DNA of 64,000 nucleotides from Octopus sinensis (Eukaryota): NCBI RefSeq assembly GCF_006345805.1, contig NC_043018.1, positions 14,384,001 to 14,448,000 of the forward strand, read 5' to 3'. Shown piece by piece: positions 50,844 to 64,000 of this stretch (position 1 is its first letter; each line of letters starts with the position of its first letter). The notes under the pieces were generated by a model. It saw only the letters and a program-made list of their open reading frames with translations, ran no database searches and was not told where the DNA came from. The position numbers and the translations under genes were made by a program.

Positions 50844-52343
50844 GTAAGAACAACATATGTACGTCTCATACAAATGTAATTAATTTAGTATTGGCAAGAT
50901 AAGAAAGTTCATTTTCGGCACTTGATGCTTTGGGAATCAGACAAAAATTGCTGCAGCTCGGCTGCATATTCACCAGATACTGCTCCTTCGGATTTTCACT
51001 TATTTAGGTCCCTGCAGAATAGTCTTAAAGGTAAAAATTTCAATTCCTTGGATGACGTAAGAGGATACCTTTATGAATTCTTTGCCATGAAACCACTTCA
51101 ATTCTGGGAAGAGGGTATTTTCAAGTTAAATGAAAGATGGAGATCATTGTGAAACAAAATGGTTCATATTTGGTTGATTAAAAATGTAATGGGCAAGTAT
51201 TTATTGACCTTTTTCTTTCCTTTAAAAATCGGCACGAACATTCCGGACAACCCAACAGAAGCTGAAGCGTTGCAACAGTTGTCCAGTGTTACCATCCTCC
51301 TCTTTGGTTTCCAAAGAGATATTCATGCGAGCAAGACCGGAGATCTCTATGACAGTTTTTGCATTTTCTTGCTTGCTTCAAGTTATGTTATCCGATCGGT
51401 TTTTTTTACATTGACAGATATTCTGATGTTAATATTCCACCAGCATTCGTTTCGTTGATGTCTATGTATGTATGTAACAACAGGGTTTCACTATATACAT
51501 TCCAGGACAAATCTTTACTACCGGAATGGCATTGTTTCTCTTGTTGTTGGCGACAACGTCGTGTCGCATAGGGCGGTGGAACCTTGATATTTTTTGGTAG
51601 CTGTTGATCCTATGTGTGATGTCTTCCAAAAGTAATAGGATATAATGGGGGGGAATAGAAGTCCACAATCAAGCGATACTGTGCAAAGTTTCCAACGGTT
51701 TTTCTTTCATTCACTTCAAACAGTTGAGGTTTGTTTCTGAAAATCTGTTCCGACCATCCCCACATTTCGCCACTTTTCACCTTCCTATACATCTGTCATC
51801 ATGTCGTTGGACTCAAAATGGTAGTGAAGGAATGTGGCAAGCATTCAGTTTGTGCTAAGTTTGGGCAAGGAAATGAGCCAATAGCTTCTGTAAACTCTGT
51901 GCTTTCATTCTGGGCTGCCGCTTCGTTGTGTGTCAATGTGACCTTCCACACACATACATAGGTGCAGGTGTGGCTGTGTAGTAACAAACTTGGTTCCAAA
52001 ACACATGGTCCTCAGTTCAGTCCCACTGTGTGGTAACTTGGCATGTGTCTTCTGCTATAGCCTCAGACCAACCAAAGCCCTTGTCAGTGGATTTGTAGAC
52101 AGAAACTGAAAGAAATGAATTGTATATATATATGTATATATAATGTAAGTCTGAGTGTGTCTTTGCGTTTCTCCCTCATCACTGCTTCACAACTAGTGTT
52201 GGTTTATTTAAATCCCCATAATTTACTGGTGTCAGAAGAAAGTGATAGAATAAGTACCAGGAATGTCAAAATAAAAAAACCCACTAGGCAGTGTCTCATA
52301 TTCTTGTTTGCCCACTCAGTTGTATCTATCAATTTATCTTTGT

Positions 52344-52386
<43 letters not shown>

Positions 52387-53900
52387 TGTGTATGTGTGTG
52401 TGTGTGTGTGTATGGATTTCGTAGACAGGAACTGAAACAAATCAATCTTATATATATGTATGTATATATGTAAGTGTATGTGTGTATCTTTGTCTCTGTG
52501 TTTCACCCTCATCACTGCTTCACAACTGCTGTTCATTTATTTACATCCTCATAACTTATTGGTTTAACAACAACAAACTAATAGAATAAGTACCAGGCTC
52601 ATCAACATAAAAAAGCCTTGGGCTGTGTCTCATATTTTTGTTTGCCCACTCAGTTGTATCTATCAATTTATCTTTGTGTGTGTGTGTATATAATATATAT
52701 ATATATATAACACCCTAATGGCGGCCTTAACTCCCAAATTTTAGTCATGTCTTTTAAGATCCAAAACTAGGTCAAAAGTACTTACAAGTTAGAAAGAACC
52801 CTCCATGGGGACTTAACACACACAATTTTGTCATTTTATCTAAGCAAAAACGAATACAGTTGTGCTCTTGGAAGCTGTAGGGTTACCAGAGCATAAAATA
52901 TGAGCATTATTCAATGGTGCAAAAGTTTAACAGTTTGCTTTCACATACACTTACATCGTGATAAATTGTCAAGTAAATGAGAGGCATCTTTGCCTCCACT
53001 GATTCAGTTGCAAAGTGTTGAGTAAAGTTATTTGATTGCAGACCTACTTTCAGTCATTTTATTATCACTGGGTCACACATAGTCCCCAGATGGTAACACT
53101 GATTTCAAGGCCTTCCCAGATGAGTGACTTGTTATTCAAAGACGTTTTAGATTGCAAATTTATTCTGCCCAGTTACGTATCAGTTGTAGTGGTCATTTGC
53201 AAACTCCAGAGGTGACATTTTCATTTCTCCTTAGCCTCGCGTCACACAGTTGTTAATGTTTATTTCAGTGGGGTCACGCCCTTCCAATTGCATATAGATC
53301 CATTATGCACTCTAACGGCTGTGCCTGTCACCTGGATGGTGAGAAAGCCTACTTCGGAAGTGGTAACGACTAGGGTTAGGGTAGCTGACTGCTATTGTGA
53401 TCATTCGTCTTTTCGTTTCCTGTAGCTTTACTGTCTTTTACAAACCCAGTGAACATATATTTCCTATTTCAAAGAAATTCAAACAATAGATATAAGACCC
53501 AAGTTAAAAAGATTCTCAACAATGCAACTTCTCTGCTTGACATTAAGACACCCACGCCCAACAGGGGCCTTAATTCTCACATTTTAGAGCTCCATGACCT
53601 TCATTTTTCAGGAGCAAAATCCTTTTAACAGGTTCGATAAGACTGGAATTTTGGAAAATGCGCATAAAAATCAGTAGTATGGGATACATGTAGCACGATT
53701 ACAATTTTTTTAGGGTGTGTAAAGAGGGAAATAACTCTCATCTGCAATTTTTATGAAAATCGAAACATAGATATTCCAGTTAATTACAGAAAATATAACA
53801 GAAAAGTCTAATTCTTCAATTGCATGTAACATGGGCAACGCCGGGTATCTCTGCTAGTTTAATAATATTTTGTATTCTCTACTATATTTTGTATTTACAG

Positions 53901-54114
53901 TGAAATGTTGAAGAGAAGTTCATGTTCAAGAGGTCCATGTGCTGGTCACGGACCACATAAAAGATGTAGATGCTGCGCCAAGTACGACTGTGTAAAAGAT
54001 AGATCTATTTGCATGTGTCGTAAAAGTATAGCCGGTTCGATTCACATGACTAATAACATTATAGTCCAAACCGTAATCGCCTTTCTGGTTTTTTCTCGTA
54101 AATTTACCATCTAA
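53901..54114 (+). CDS. G3 terminal exon: 8-Cys peptide with hydrophobic tail
   Basis: (x)EMLKR|SSCSRGPCAGHGPHKRCRCCAKYDCVKDRSICMCRKSIAGSIHMTNNIIVQTVIAFLVFSRKFTI*. Confidence 0.88.
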
Positions 54115-54244
54115 TTGGCGTGCTGCTCTGGTGAAGTTTGAAGGTAAACTACAGACGTAAGATTGTTTTATTGATGGCGGAAATCGATGAGAAGAAATGC
54201 AGACCAAAACAGCAAAAATACACTCAACAAAAGATCAACAACAT

Positions 54245-54800
54245 GCTGCTACTTCTTTTATCTTCTCCAACCCCTCCTCATTCCCTCCCCTTCTTCCTCC
54301 TCCTCCTCCACTCTTCTCCTCCTTCCCTTCATCATCCTCATCCCTCCATTCTCCCCTATTCCTCTGCTTCCCATTAATCCTCCCCTACACTTCCCATTCA
54401 TCCTCCTCATTCCCTCCCCCACTTCCTCCTCCTCCACTCTTCATCCTCCCCCTCTTCCTCCTCCTTCCCCTTCATCATCCTCATTCCCTCCATTCTTCCC
54501 CCTATTCCTCCGTTTCCCCTTCATCCTCCGCATTCCCTCCAGTCTTTATCCTCCTCCTCCTTCTCTTCCCCTTCATCCCTCTCATTCCCTCCACACTTCA
54601 TCCTCTTCCTCCTATTCCTCTTCCCCTTCATCCTCCTCCTACACTTCCTACTTCCTCCTCCTCCTCACAACCTCCTCCTCCCCACTTCCTCCTTTTCCCC
54701 ACTTCCTCCTCCTCCCTTCTTCATCCTCCTCCCCACTTCTTTTTCCTCCTCCCCGCTTCCCTCCCACTTCCTCCTCCTCCTCCTCCTCCTCTTCTTATCT
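54245..54800 (+). repeat. ~550-bp polypyrimidine (CCT/CT-rich) tract in the G3 3' UTR
   Basis: Almost purine-free on the + strand. Confidence 0.95.
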
Positions 54801-54837
54801 AACCAATCGTCAGATCCTATGACAGTAGAAAACTATG

Positions 54838-54843
54838 AATAAA
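54838..54843 (+). terminator. Candidate polyadenylation signal of G3
   Basis: AATAAA at the same position as 63867-63872 in the G4 flank. Confidence 0.55.
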
Positions 54844-55458
54844 CATCAAGAGACATAGTGAAATATAAAACATTAACGAGCAGAAGTTTGATTCTGTAAT
54901 TTATCCTGGAGAGGAATTCACGTGCGTTGCACCAAGAACTGATAATGGTAAAAGAAGAGAAAATCTGCAAACCATAATCTACAACTATGAGTTTTCTAAC
55001 AAACCGAAATTAATAGGACGATCGTATCCGTCAAATTTTAATGAAATTACAATTAAATAAATTTATTACACCGTGACAAATATTTAGTGCTTCGTTATTT
55101 GCTGTGCTCTTTGATTTTAAGTTATTGAAAGAAACAAAATCTCAGTGCTTCGTTCTTCGCTGTGATGTTGGCCTTTAAATTATGTATATGGATGTTAAGA
55201 TTTTACATTGCAGTATCACAATATGAATTTGTAAAAGAACATTATTGTCCAAGTTGTATTTTATAACAATTGAATACAAAGAAACAGGAAAGAAGAGTGT
55301 ACGAGTATCAAAGAGTATTGATTGAGTTGCAGCTAAAACAACCACGATTTTGTAGTCATTTCAGGAGAGATGCAGCCACGTTCATTTTGATTGTTCATTG
55401 GAATCTTTTCGGGATATAGATTCGTTTACTGCATAACGCCAAAGCAGACATAGAAACG

Positions 55459-58400
55459 TATGTATGTATGTATGCGTGTAGATGTATGTATGTATGTATG
55501 TATGTATGTATGTATGTGTATGTATGTATGGATGGATGGATGGATGGATGGATGGATGTATGTATGTATGTATGTTTGTATGTATGTTTGTATGTATGTA
55601 TGTATGTATGTATGTATGTATGTATGTATGTATGTTTGTATGTATGTATGTATGTATGTATGTTTGTATGTATGTATGTATGTATGTATGTTTGTATGTA
55701 TGTATGTATGTATGTATGTTTGTATGTATGTATGTATGTATGTATGTATGTATGTATGTATGTTTGTATGTTTGTATGTATGTTTGTATGTATGTATGTA
55801 TGTATGTATGTTTGTATGTATGTATGTATGTATGTATGTTTGTATGTATGTATGTATGTGTTTGTATGTATGTAGGTATGTATGTATGTATGTATGTTGG
55901 TATGTATGTATGTATTATGTATGCTGAATGAATGTTGTATGTATGAATGTTGTATTGAAGTATGTATGTTGTATGTAGTATGTATGTAGTATGTTGTATG
56001 TTTGTATGTATGTTGTATGTATGTATGTATGTATGTTTGTTTGTATGTATGTATGTTGTATGTATGTTTGTAGTATGTTTGTATGTATGTTTGTATGTAT
56101 GTATGTATGTATGTATGTATGTATGTTTGTATGTATGTATGTATTGTATGTATGTTTGTATGTATGTATGTATGTATGTATGTATTGTTGTATGTTTGTC
56201 TGTATGTATGTAGATGTATGTTTGTATGTATGTTTGTATGTATGTATGTATGTATGTATGTATGTTTCTATGTCTGTATGTATGTAGGTATGTAGTATGT
56301 ATGTATGTATGTAGTATGTATGTATGTATGATGTTTGTATGTATGTAGTATGTATGTATGTATGTTTGGTTATGTATGTATGTAGTGCATGTATGTATGT
56401 ATGTTTGTATGTATGTTTGTAGTATGTATGTATGTATGTTTGTATGTATTTATTGTATGATGTATGGTATGTATGTATAATGTATGTATTGTATGTAGTT
56501 GTTTGTATGATGTTGTTTGTGTATGTATGTTTGTATGTATGTATGTTTGTATGTATGTATGTTTGTATGTATGTTTGTATGTATGTTTGTATGTATGTAT
56601 GTATGTATTGTATGTATGTATATATGTATGTATGTATGTATGTTTGTATGTATGTCTGTTTGTATGTATGTAGTTTGTATGTATGTATGTTTGTATGTAT
56701 GTTTGTATGTATGTAGTTTGTATGTAGTATGTTTGTATGTATGTTTGTATGTATGTTTGTAGTCGGTATGTATGTATGTATGTTTGTATGTATGTATGTA
56801 TGTATGTATGTATGTATGTATGTATGTTTGTATGTATGTTTGTATGTATGTTTGTATGTATGTATGTATGTATGTATGTATGTATGTATATATGTATGTA
56901 TGTATGTATGTTTGTATGTATGTATGTTTGTATGTATGTATGTTTGTATGTATGTATGTTTGTATGTATGTATGTTTGTATGTATGTATGTTTGTATGTA
57001 TGTATGTTTGTATGTATGTATGTAAGTATGTATGTATGTTTGTATGTATGTAGTTTGTATGTATGTATGTATGTATGTATTTGTATGTATGTATGTTTGT
57101 ATGTATGTATTTTGGTTATGTATATGTTTGTATGTATGTATGTATGTATGTAGTAGTATGTATGTATGTTTTTGTATGTATTATAGGTTTGTATGTATGT
57201 ATGTATGATGTATGTATGTATGTATGTTTGTATGTATGTATGTTTGTATGTATGTATGTTTGTATGTATGTATGTAGTATGTATGTATGTTTGTATGTAT
57301 GTTTGTATGTTGGTATGTATGCATGTATGTATATGAATGTTATGTATGTATGTATGTATGTATGTATGTATGTATGTATGTTTGTATGTATGTTTGTATG
57401 TATGTATGTATGTATGTATGTATGTATGTATGTTATGTATGTTGTATGTATGTTGTATGTAGGTATGTATGTATGTATGTATGTATGTATGTATGTTTGT
57501 TTGTATGTTGGTATGTATGCATGTATGTATGTATGTTTGTATGTATGTATGTATGTATGTATGATGTATGATGTTGGTATGTATGTTGTATGTATGTATG
57601 TTGTATGTATGTGGTATGTATGTATGTATGTAGTATGTTTGTATGTATGTTTGTATGTATGTATGTATGTATGTATGTATGTATGTTTGTATGTTGGATG
57701 TATGCATGGATGTATGTATGAATGTAGGTATGTATGATGTGTATGTTGTTTGTATGTATGTTTGTATGTTTATGTATGTTTGTATGTATGTTTGTATGTG
57801 GTTATGTATGTATGTATGTAGTATGTTATGTATGTATGTTGTATGTATGTTTGTATGTATGTATGTTATTGGCTGTTAGTATGTATGTTTGTTGTTGGTA
57901 GTGTATGTATGTATGTATGTATGTTGTATGTATGTATGTATGATGTATGTATGTATGTATGTTTGTATGTATGTTTGTATGTATGTTTGTATGTATTTTG
58001 TATGTATGTATGTATGTATGTATGTATGTTTGTATGTATGTTTTGTATGTATGTATGTATGTATGTATGTTTGTATGTTGGTATGTATGCATGTATGTAT
58101 GTATGAATGTATGTATGTATGTCTGTCTGTATGTATGTATGTATGTATGTATGTTTGTATGTATGTTTGTATGTATGTATGATGTATGTCTGTATGTATG
58201 TCTGTATGTATGTATGTATGTATGTTTGTATGTATGTATGTAGTAGTATGTATGTATGTATGTTTGTATGTATGTATGTTGTATGTATGATGTATGTTGT
58301 ATGTATGTTTGAGTATGTTTGTATGTATGTATGTAGTATGTATTATGTATGTATGTATGTATGTATGTATGTTATGTTTGTATGTATGTTTGTATGTATG

Positions 58401-58781
58401 TATGTTGGTATGTATGTATGTATGTATGTTGTATGTATGTATGTATGTCTTATGTATGTATGTTATGATGTATGTTTGTATGTATGTATGTATGTATGTA
58501 TGTATGTTTGTATGTATGTTTGTATGTATGTATGTATGTATGTATGTATGTATGTTTGTATGTATGTATGTATGTATGTATGTTTGTATGTATGTATGTT
58601 TGTATGTATGTATGTATGTATGTATGTATGTATGTATGTATGTATGTCTGTATGTATGTATGTATGTATGTATGTATGTATGTATGTATGTATGTATGTA
58701 TGTTTGTATGTATGTATGTATGTATGTATGTATGTATGTATGTTTGATGTATGTATGTATGTATGTATGTATGTATGTATG

Positions 58782-58817
<36 letters not shown>

Positions 58818-58843
58818 TGTATGTATGTTTGTATGTATGTATG

Positions 58844-58879
<36 letters not shown>

Positions 58880-58975
58880 TGTATGTATGTATGTATGTAT
58901 GTATGTATGTATGTATGTATGTATGTATGTATGTATGTATGTATGTATGTTTGTATGTATGTATGTATGTATGTA

Positions 58976-59011
<36 letters not shown>

Positions 59012-60183
59012 TGTATGTATGTATGTATGTATGTATGCTTGCGTATGTATGTATGTATGTATGTATGTATGTATGTATGTATGTATGTATGTATGTATGT
59101 ATGTTGTATGTATGTTTGTATGTATGTATGTATGTATGTATGTATGTATGTTTGTATGTATGTATGTATGTATGTTTGTATGTATGTATGTATGCATGTA
59201 TGTATGTATGTATGTATGTATGTTTGTATGTATGTTTGTATGTATGTATGTTTGTATGTATGTTTGTATGTATGTATGTATGTATGTTTGTATGTATGTA
59301 TGTATGTATGTATGTATGTATGTATGTATGTTTGTATGTATGTTTGTATGTATGTATGTTTGTATGTATGTTTGTATGTATGTATGGGTAGTATGTATGT
59401 ATGTATGTATGTATGTATGTATGTGGGTATGTATGTATGTATGTATGTATGTAGTTTGTATGGTGGTATGTATGTATGTATGTATGTATGAATGTATGTA
59501 TGTATGTATGTATGTATGTATGTATGTATGTATGTATGTATGTATGTTTGTATGTATGTATGTATGTATGTATGTATGTATGTTGTATGTATGTATGTAT
59601 GTATGTATGTATGTATGTATGTTTGTTTTTGTATGTATGTATGTATGTATGTATGATGTATGTATGTATGTATGTATGTATGTTGTATGTATGTATGTAT
59701 GTATGTATGTATGTATGTATGTATGTTGTATGTATGTATGTTATGTATGTATGTATGTATGTATGTATGTAGTATGTATGTATGTATGTTTGTATGTATG
59801 TATGTTTGTATGTATGTATGTATGTATGTATGTATGTATGTAGGTATGTATGTATGTATATGTATGTTGTATGTATGTATGTATGTATGTATGTATGTTT
59901 GTATGTATGTATGTATGTATGTATGTATGTATGTATGTATGTATGTATGTATGTATGTTTGTATGTATGTATGTATGTATGTATGTTTGTATGTATGTAT
60001 GTTGTATGTATGTATCGTAGTAGTGTATGTATGTATGTATGTATGTATGTATGTATGTTTGTATGTATGTATGTATGTATGTATGTATGTATGTATGTAT
60101 GTTTGTATGTATGTATGTATGTATGTATGTATGTATGTATGTATGGTTGTATGTATGTATGTATGTATGTATGTATGTATGTA

Positions 60184-60219
<36 letters not shown>

Positions 60220-60372
60220 TGTATGTATGTATGTATGTTATGTATGTATGTATGTATGTATGTATGTATGTATGTATGTATGTATGTATGTATGTATGTA
60301 TGTATGTATGTATGTATGTATGTATGTATGTATGTATGTTTGTATGTATGTATGTATGTATGTATGTATGTA

Positions 60373-60408
<36 letters not shown>

Positions 60409-60422
60409 TGTATGTATGTATG

Positions 60423-60456
<34 letters not shown>

Positions 60457-60528
60457 TGTATGTATGTTTGTATGTATGTATGTATGTATGTATGTTTGTA
60501 TGTATGTATGTATGTATGTATGTATATA

Positions 60529-60564
<36 letters not shown>

Positions 60565-60674
60565 TGTATGTATGTATGTATGTTTGTATGTATGTTTGTA
60601 TGTATGTATGTATGTATGCATGTATGTATGTATGTATGTATGTTTGTATGTATGTATGTATGTATGTATGTATG

Positions 60675-60708
<34 letters not shown>

Positions 60709-61285
60709 TGTATGTATGTTTGTATGTATGTATGTATGTATGTATGTATCTATATGTATGTATGTTTGTATGTATGTTTGTATGTATGTATGTATGTATG
60801 TATGTATGTATGTATGTATGTATGTATGTATGTATGTATGTATGTATGTATGTATGTATGTATGTATGTATGTATGTATGTATGTATGTATGTATGTATG
60901 TATGTATGTATGTATGTTTGTATGTATGTAGTATGTATGTTTGTATGTATGTATGTATGTATGTATGTATGTATGTGTATGTATGTATGTATGCATGTAT
61001 GTATGTATGTTTTATGTATGTATGTATGTATGTATGTATGTATGTATGTAGTAGTATGTATGTTGTGTATGTATGTATGTATGTATGTATATATGTATGT
61101 ATGTATGTATGTTGTATGTATGTTTGTATGTATGTATGTATGTATGTATGTATGTATGTTGTATGTATGTATGTATGTATGTATGTATGTGTTGTATGTA
61201 TGTATGTATGTATGTATGTATGTATGTATGTAGTATGTATGTACGTATGTATGTATGTATGTATGTATGTATGTATGTATGTATA

Positions 61286-61316
<31 letters not shown>

Positions 61317-61795
61317 TGTATGTATGTATGCTGTATGTATGTATGTATGTATGTATTTTGTATGTATGTATGTATGTATGTTTGTATGTATGTATGTATG
61401 TATGTATGTATGTATGTATGTATGTATGTATGTATGTATGTATGTATGTATGTATGCATGTATGTATGTATGTATGTAGCTGTATGTTGTATGTATGTAT
61501 GTATGTATGTTTGTATGTATGTATGTATGTATGATGTATGTATGTAGTATGTATGTATGTATGTGTGTATGTATGTATCTATGTATGTATGTATGTATGT
61601 ATGTATGTATGTTTGTATGTATGTATGTATGTATGTATGTATGTATGTTTGTATGTATGTATGTATGTATGTTTGTATGTATGTATGTATGTATGTATGT
61701 ATGTATGTATGTATGTATGTATGTTTGTATGTATGTTTGTATGTATGTATGTATGTATGTATGTATGTATGTATGCATGTATGTATGTATGTATG

Positions 61796-61827
<32 letters not shown>

Positions 61828-61896
61828 TGTATGAATGTATGTATGTATGTATGTATGTATGTATGTATGTATGTATTTATGTAGTATGTATGTATG

Positions 61897-61927
<31 letters not shown>

Positions 61928-62000
61928 TAGTATTTATGTTGTATGCATGTATGTATGTATGTATGTTATGTATGTAGTATGCATGTATGTATGTATATAC
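55459..62000. repeat. ~6.5-kb (TATG)n array with TTTG/TTG/TAG variant units
   Basis: Directly visible; source of all YVCM/HTYI pseudo-ORFs. Confidence 0.99.
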
Positions 62001-62004
62001 ACAT

Positions 62005-63130
62005 ATTGGCGCAGGTTATGACTATGTGTTATAAAGAGACTGTGAATAAGTCCCAGGCTTACAAAGAATGGGTGAGGGGTCGAGTTCTTCGATAAAAAGT
62101 CGCTACTGTCAAAATGAGTGAAATAATTAAAATAACATAAAACAATGTGAGTGTGTGGTGGTGTGAATTTGTCCCCCACCGACACTGCTACACAGCCAAC
62201 CGGTGTTGTTGGTGTGTATACGACCTCGTAAATTGGTGATTCAGCACAAGAGTCCGAAAGAATAGTACTAGTCTTCAACAACTAAGATCTGGGATCGATT
62301 TCTCCGACTAAAACCTTTCAACTTGGTGCTAGTGAAATGACGGAAACCTTTCAAGAATAAAAGAATATATATTTTCACCGGTATTTTACGATATCTTAAC
62401 TGCTTCCTTCTACAGAGTGATATTCTTTTCGACTCTAGGTACAAGGCCCGAAATGTTTGGGGAGGAGGTTAGTCAATTAGATCGATCTCAGTACGCAACT
62501 GGTACTTCATTTATCGACCCCTTAAAGGATGAAAGGCAAAGTCATCGAAAATTTGCAGAGAATGTAATACCTTCGTAATTATAAACGAACTCTCCAATCG
62601 AATTCGCAACGGCGTCCGGCATGAACAACCCTGGAGTACTTTCAGACTTCTTCAACCATAATTCCAGCAAACTGTGTTGTTGTTGTTGTTAGTGTTGCTG
62701 ATGCAGCTGCCTCCTTCTTCTTCTTCTTCTTCTCTTCTTCTTCTTCTTCTTCTTCTTCTTCTTCTTCTTCTTCTTCTTCTTCTTCTTCTTCTTCTTCTTC
62801 TTCTTCTTCTTCTTCCAATCAGGACTCACGCCATTAGCCACAAGGAACAATCTCTAATTCGAGCCGTACTCTAAGCTACTAAGAATGCGTGTGGTAACTT
62901 GAAGATCCACCCACCACACACGATAGACTGGTGGTTGCACGGGCGTGAAAGCTACGTTGTTATCCTCATTCCGTAAACGGTGGCTTTTAACGGGTGGAGT
63001 GCTGAACCATCCTGGGGTACAGAGGATTCGCAATCTAGACTAGGGTCTGAAAGTTTACCACACCATAGTGGGTTACACCATTGTTCCTCTGCTTTGTGGC
63101 AGAAGTCACTTCCGACTACCAACAGGCGAC
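62005..63130. mobile_element. Degenerate SINE and repeat fragments with (CTT)n at 62715-62815
   Basis: ggcgcagg head, gaaagaatagtac, ggtacttcatttatcgaccc motifs. Confidence 0.6.
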
Positions 63131-63447
63131 ACTTCAACGCATTCTTTATTTTTTCAACGCCATATACAATCCGGATTTTTAATTATATTATATTTTCTTA
63201 ATAGTTGAGAAATTTGAGGAAATACATTTAGCAATCATTAAAAGAACAGAAAATATGACTGGTACTGATTTCGGTTCTTGCTGTTATTGAGTTCAAATTG
63301 CATCAGCATCTATACTTCAATCGACGTCGATAATAACAAAACATGAGCTTCATCTAATCCCTCTCTTAGAATTTGCTTGCTTTCTCCCTAAAGGAGAAAA
63401 CAAACTTATTAATTAATTTTTTAAACTTCCAACTATATTTTTTCCAG

Positions 63448-63655
63448 GGTCAAACGTAAGCAGATTGCTACACTTATATGTGTAAATGGACCCTGTAAAC
63501 CAAATAATGCTTGCTGCGGAAACTGGAGATGTCAATGTAACTCTGGCCTGACCTGCTTTTGTGCATCTAAGAATATGAGCCGTGTGACGAATGCCGGTAT
63601 ACTGCAAACTGTAATGGTTTTTCTGATTTTTCTTGTAAATTTACCATCTTATTGA
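63448..63655 (+). CDS. G4 terminal exon: agatoxin/ICK-framework 8-Cys peptide with hydrophobic tail
   Basis: Acceptor actatattttttccag (homologous to G1-G3), phase 2; (x)VKRKQIATLICVNGPCKPNNACCGNWRCQCNSGLTCFCASKNMSRVTNAGILQTVMVFLIFLVNLPSY*. Tail DNA and 3' flank are homologous to G3. Absent from the ORF track. Confidence 0.88.
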
Positions 63656-63791
63656 CGTTCTGCAAAAGTACACTCAACTACAAGAAGAACATCAACAAAG
63701 GGCTGTAACCGATGCTGTTTCAATTCTTGTAACTCTGCTTTGCCTGTTACTACTACTACTACTAATAATAATAATACTACTACTACTACTT

Positions 63792-63836
<45 letters not shown>

Positions 63837-63866
63837 TTTTATATCCTATAACAATAGAAAACTACG

Positions 63867-63872
63867 AATAAA
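63867..63872 (+). terminator. Candidate polyadenylation signal of G4
   Basis: AATAAA within a 3' flank (63843-64000) homologous to 54812-54972. Confidence 0.55.
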
Positions 63873-64000
63873 TTTCATGGAACACTGAAATATAAAACAT
63901 TAACAAGCAGAAGTCTGATTCTGTAATTTATCCTGGAGAGGAATTCACGTGCGTTGCACCAAGAACTGAAAATAGTAAAACAAGAGAAAATCTGCAAACC

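Larger units (their letters stand above)
47990..54142 (-). repeat. Inverted segmental duplicate of positions 1 to ~6480, carrying G3
   Basis: Reverse-complement colinearity through all introns; 54142 corresponds to position 1. Confidence 0.95.

Noticed and set aside
54138-54822. Pro/Ser/Leu-rich ORFs of ~200 aa
   Set aside because: Translations of the polypyrimidine tract.
55460-62021. Long ORFs of up to 578 aa (YVCM/HTYI repeats)
   Set aside because: Translations of (TATG)n with no coding signal.

Overview
This is a eukaryotic, AT-rich, microsatellite-dense window. The tRNA-derived SINE families and repeat style point to a coleoid cephalopod, probably Octopus (inference). About 95% of it is repeats: SINEs, Dong/R4-like and RTE LINE fragments, Penelope-like relics, Helitrons, mariner and hAT relics, VNTRs and a 6.5 kb (TATG)n array. 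Hidden among them, and mostly missed by the ORF track because it is spliced, is a cluster of paralogous genes for small 8-cysteine prepropeptides resembling knottins or conotoxins. G1 (-, terminal exon 29-242) and G2 (-, 23706-23841) lie in a ~16-24 kb direct segmental duplication. G3 (+, 53901-54114) lies in an inverted ~6 kb copy. G4 (+, 63448-63655) is a more divergent terminal exon with no visible 5' exons of its own. G1-G3 share a signal-peptide exon, a propeptide exon and a phase-2 terminal exon encoding KR + Cys domain. G1, G3 and G4 also encode a hydrophobic C-terminal tail, which G2 has lost. The mature-peptide exons diverge far faster than the adjacent intron while every Cys codon is retained. 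Secondary highlights are a perfect 343-bp palindrome carrying two mirror-image hammerhead ribozyme motifs and a composite Helitron with captured DNA. All exon models come from splice signals, reading phase and paralog comparison only; there is no transcript evidence, and function is unproven.
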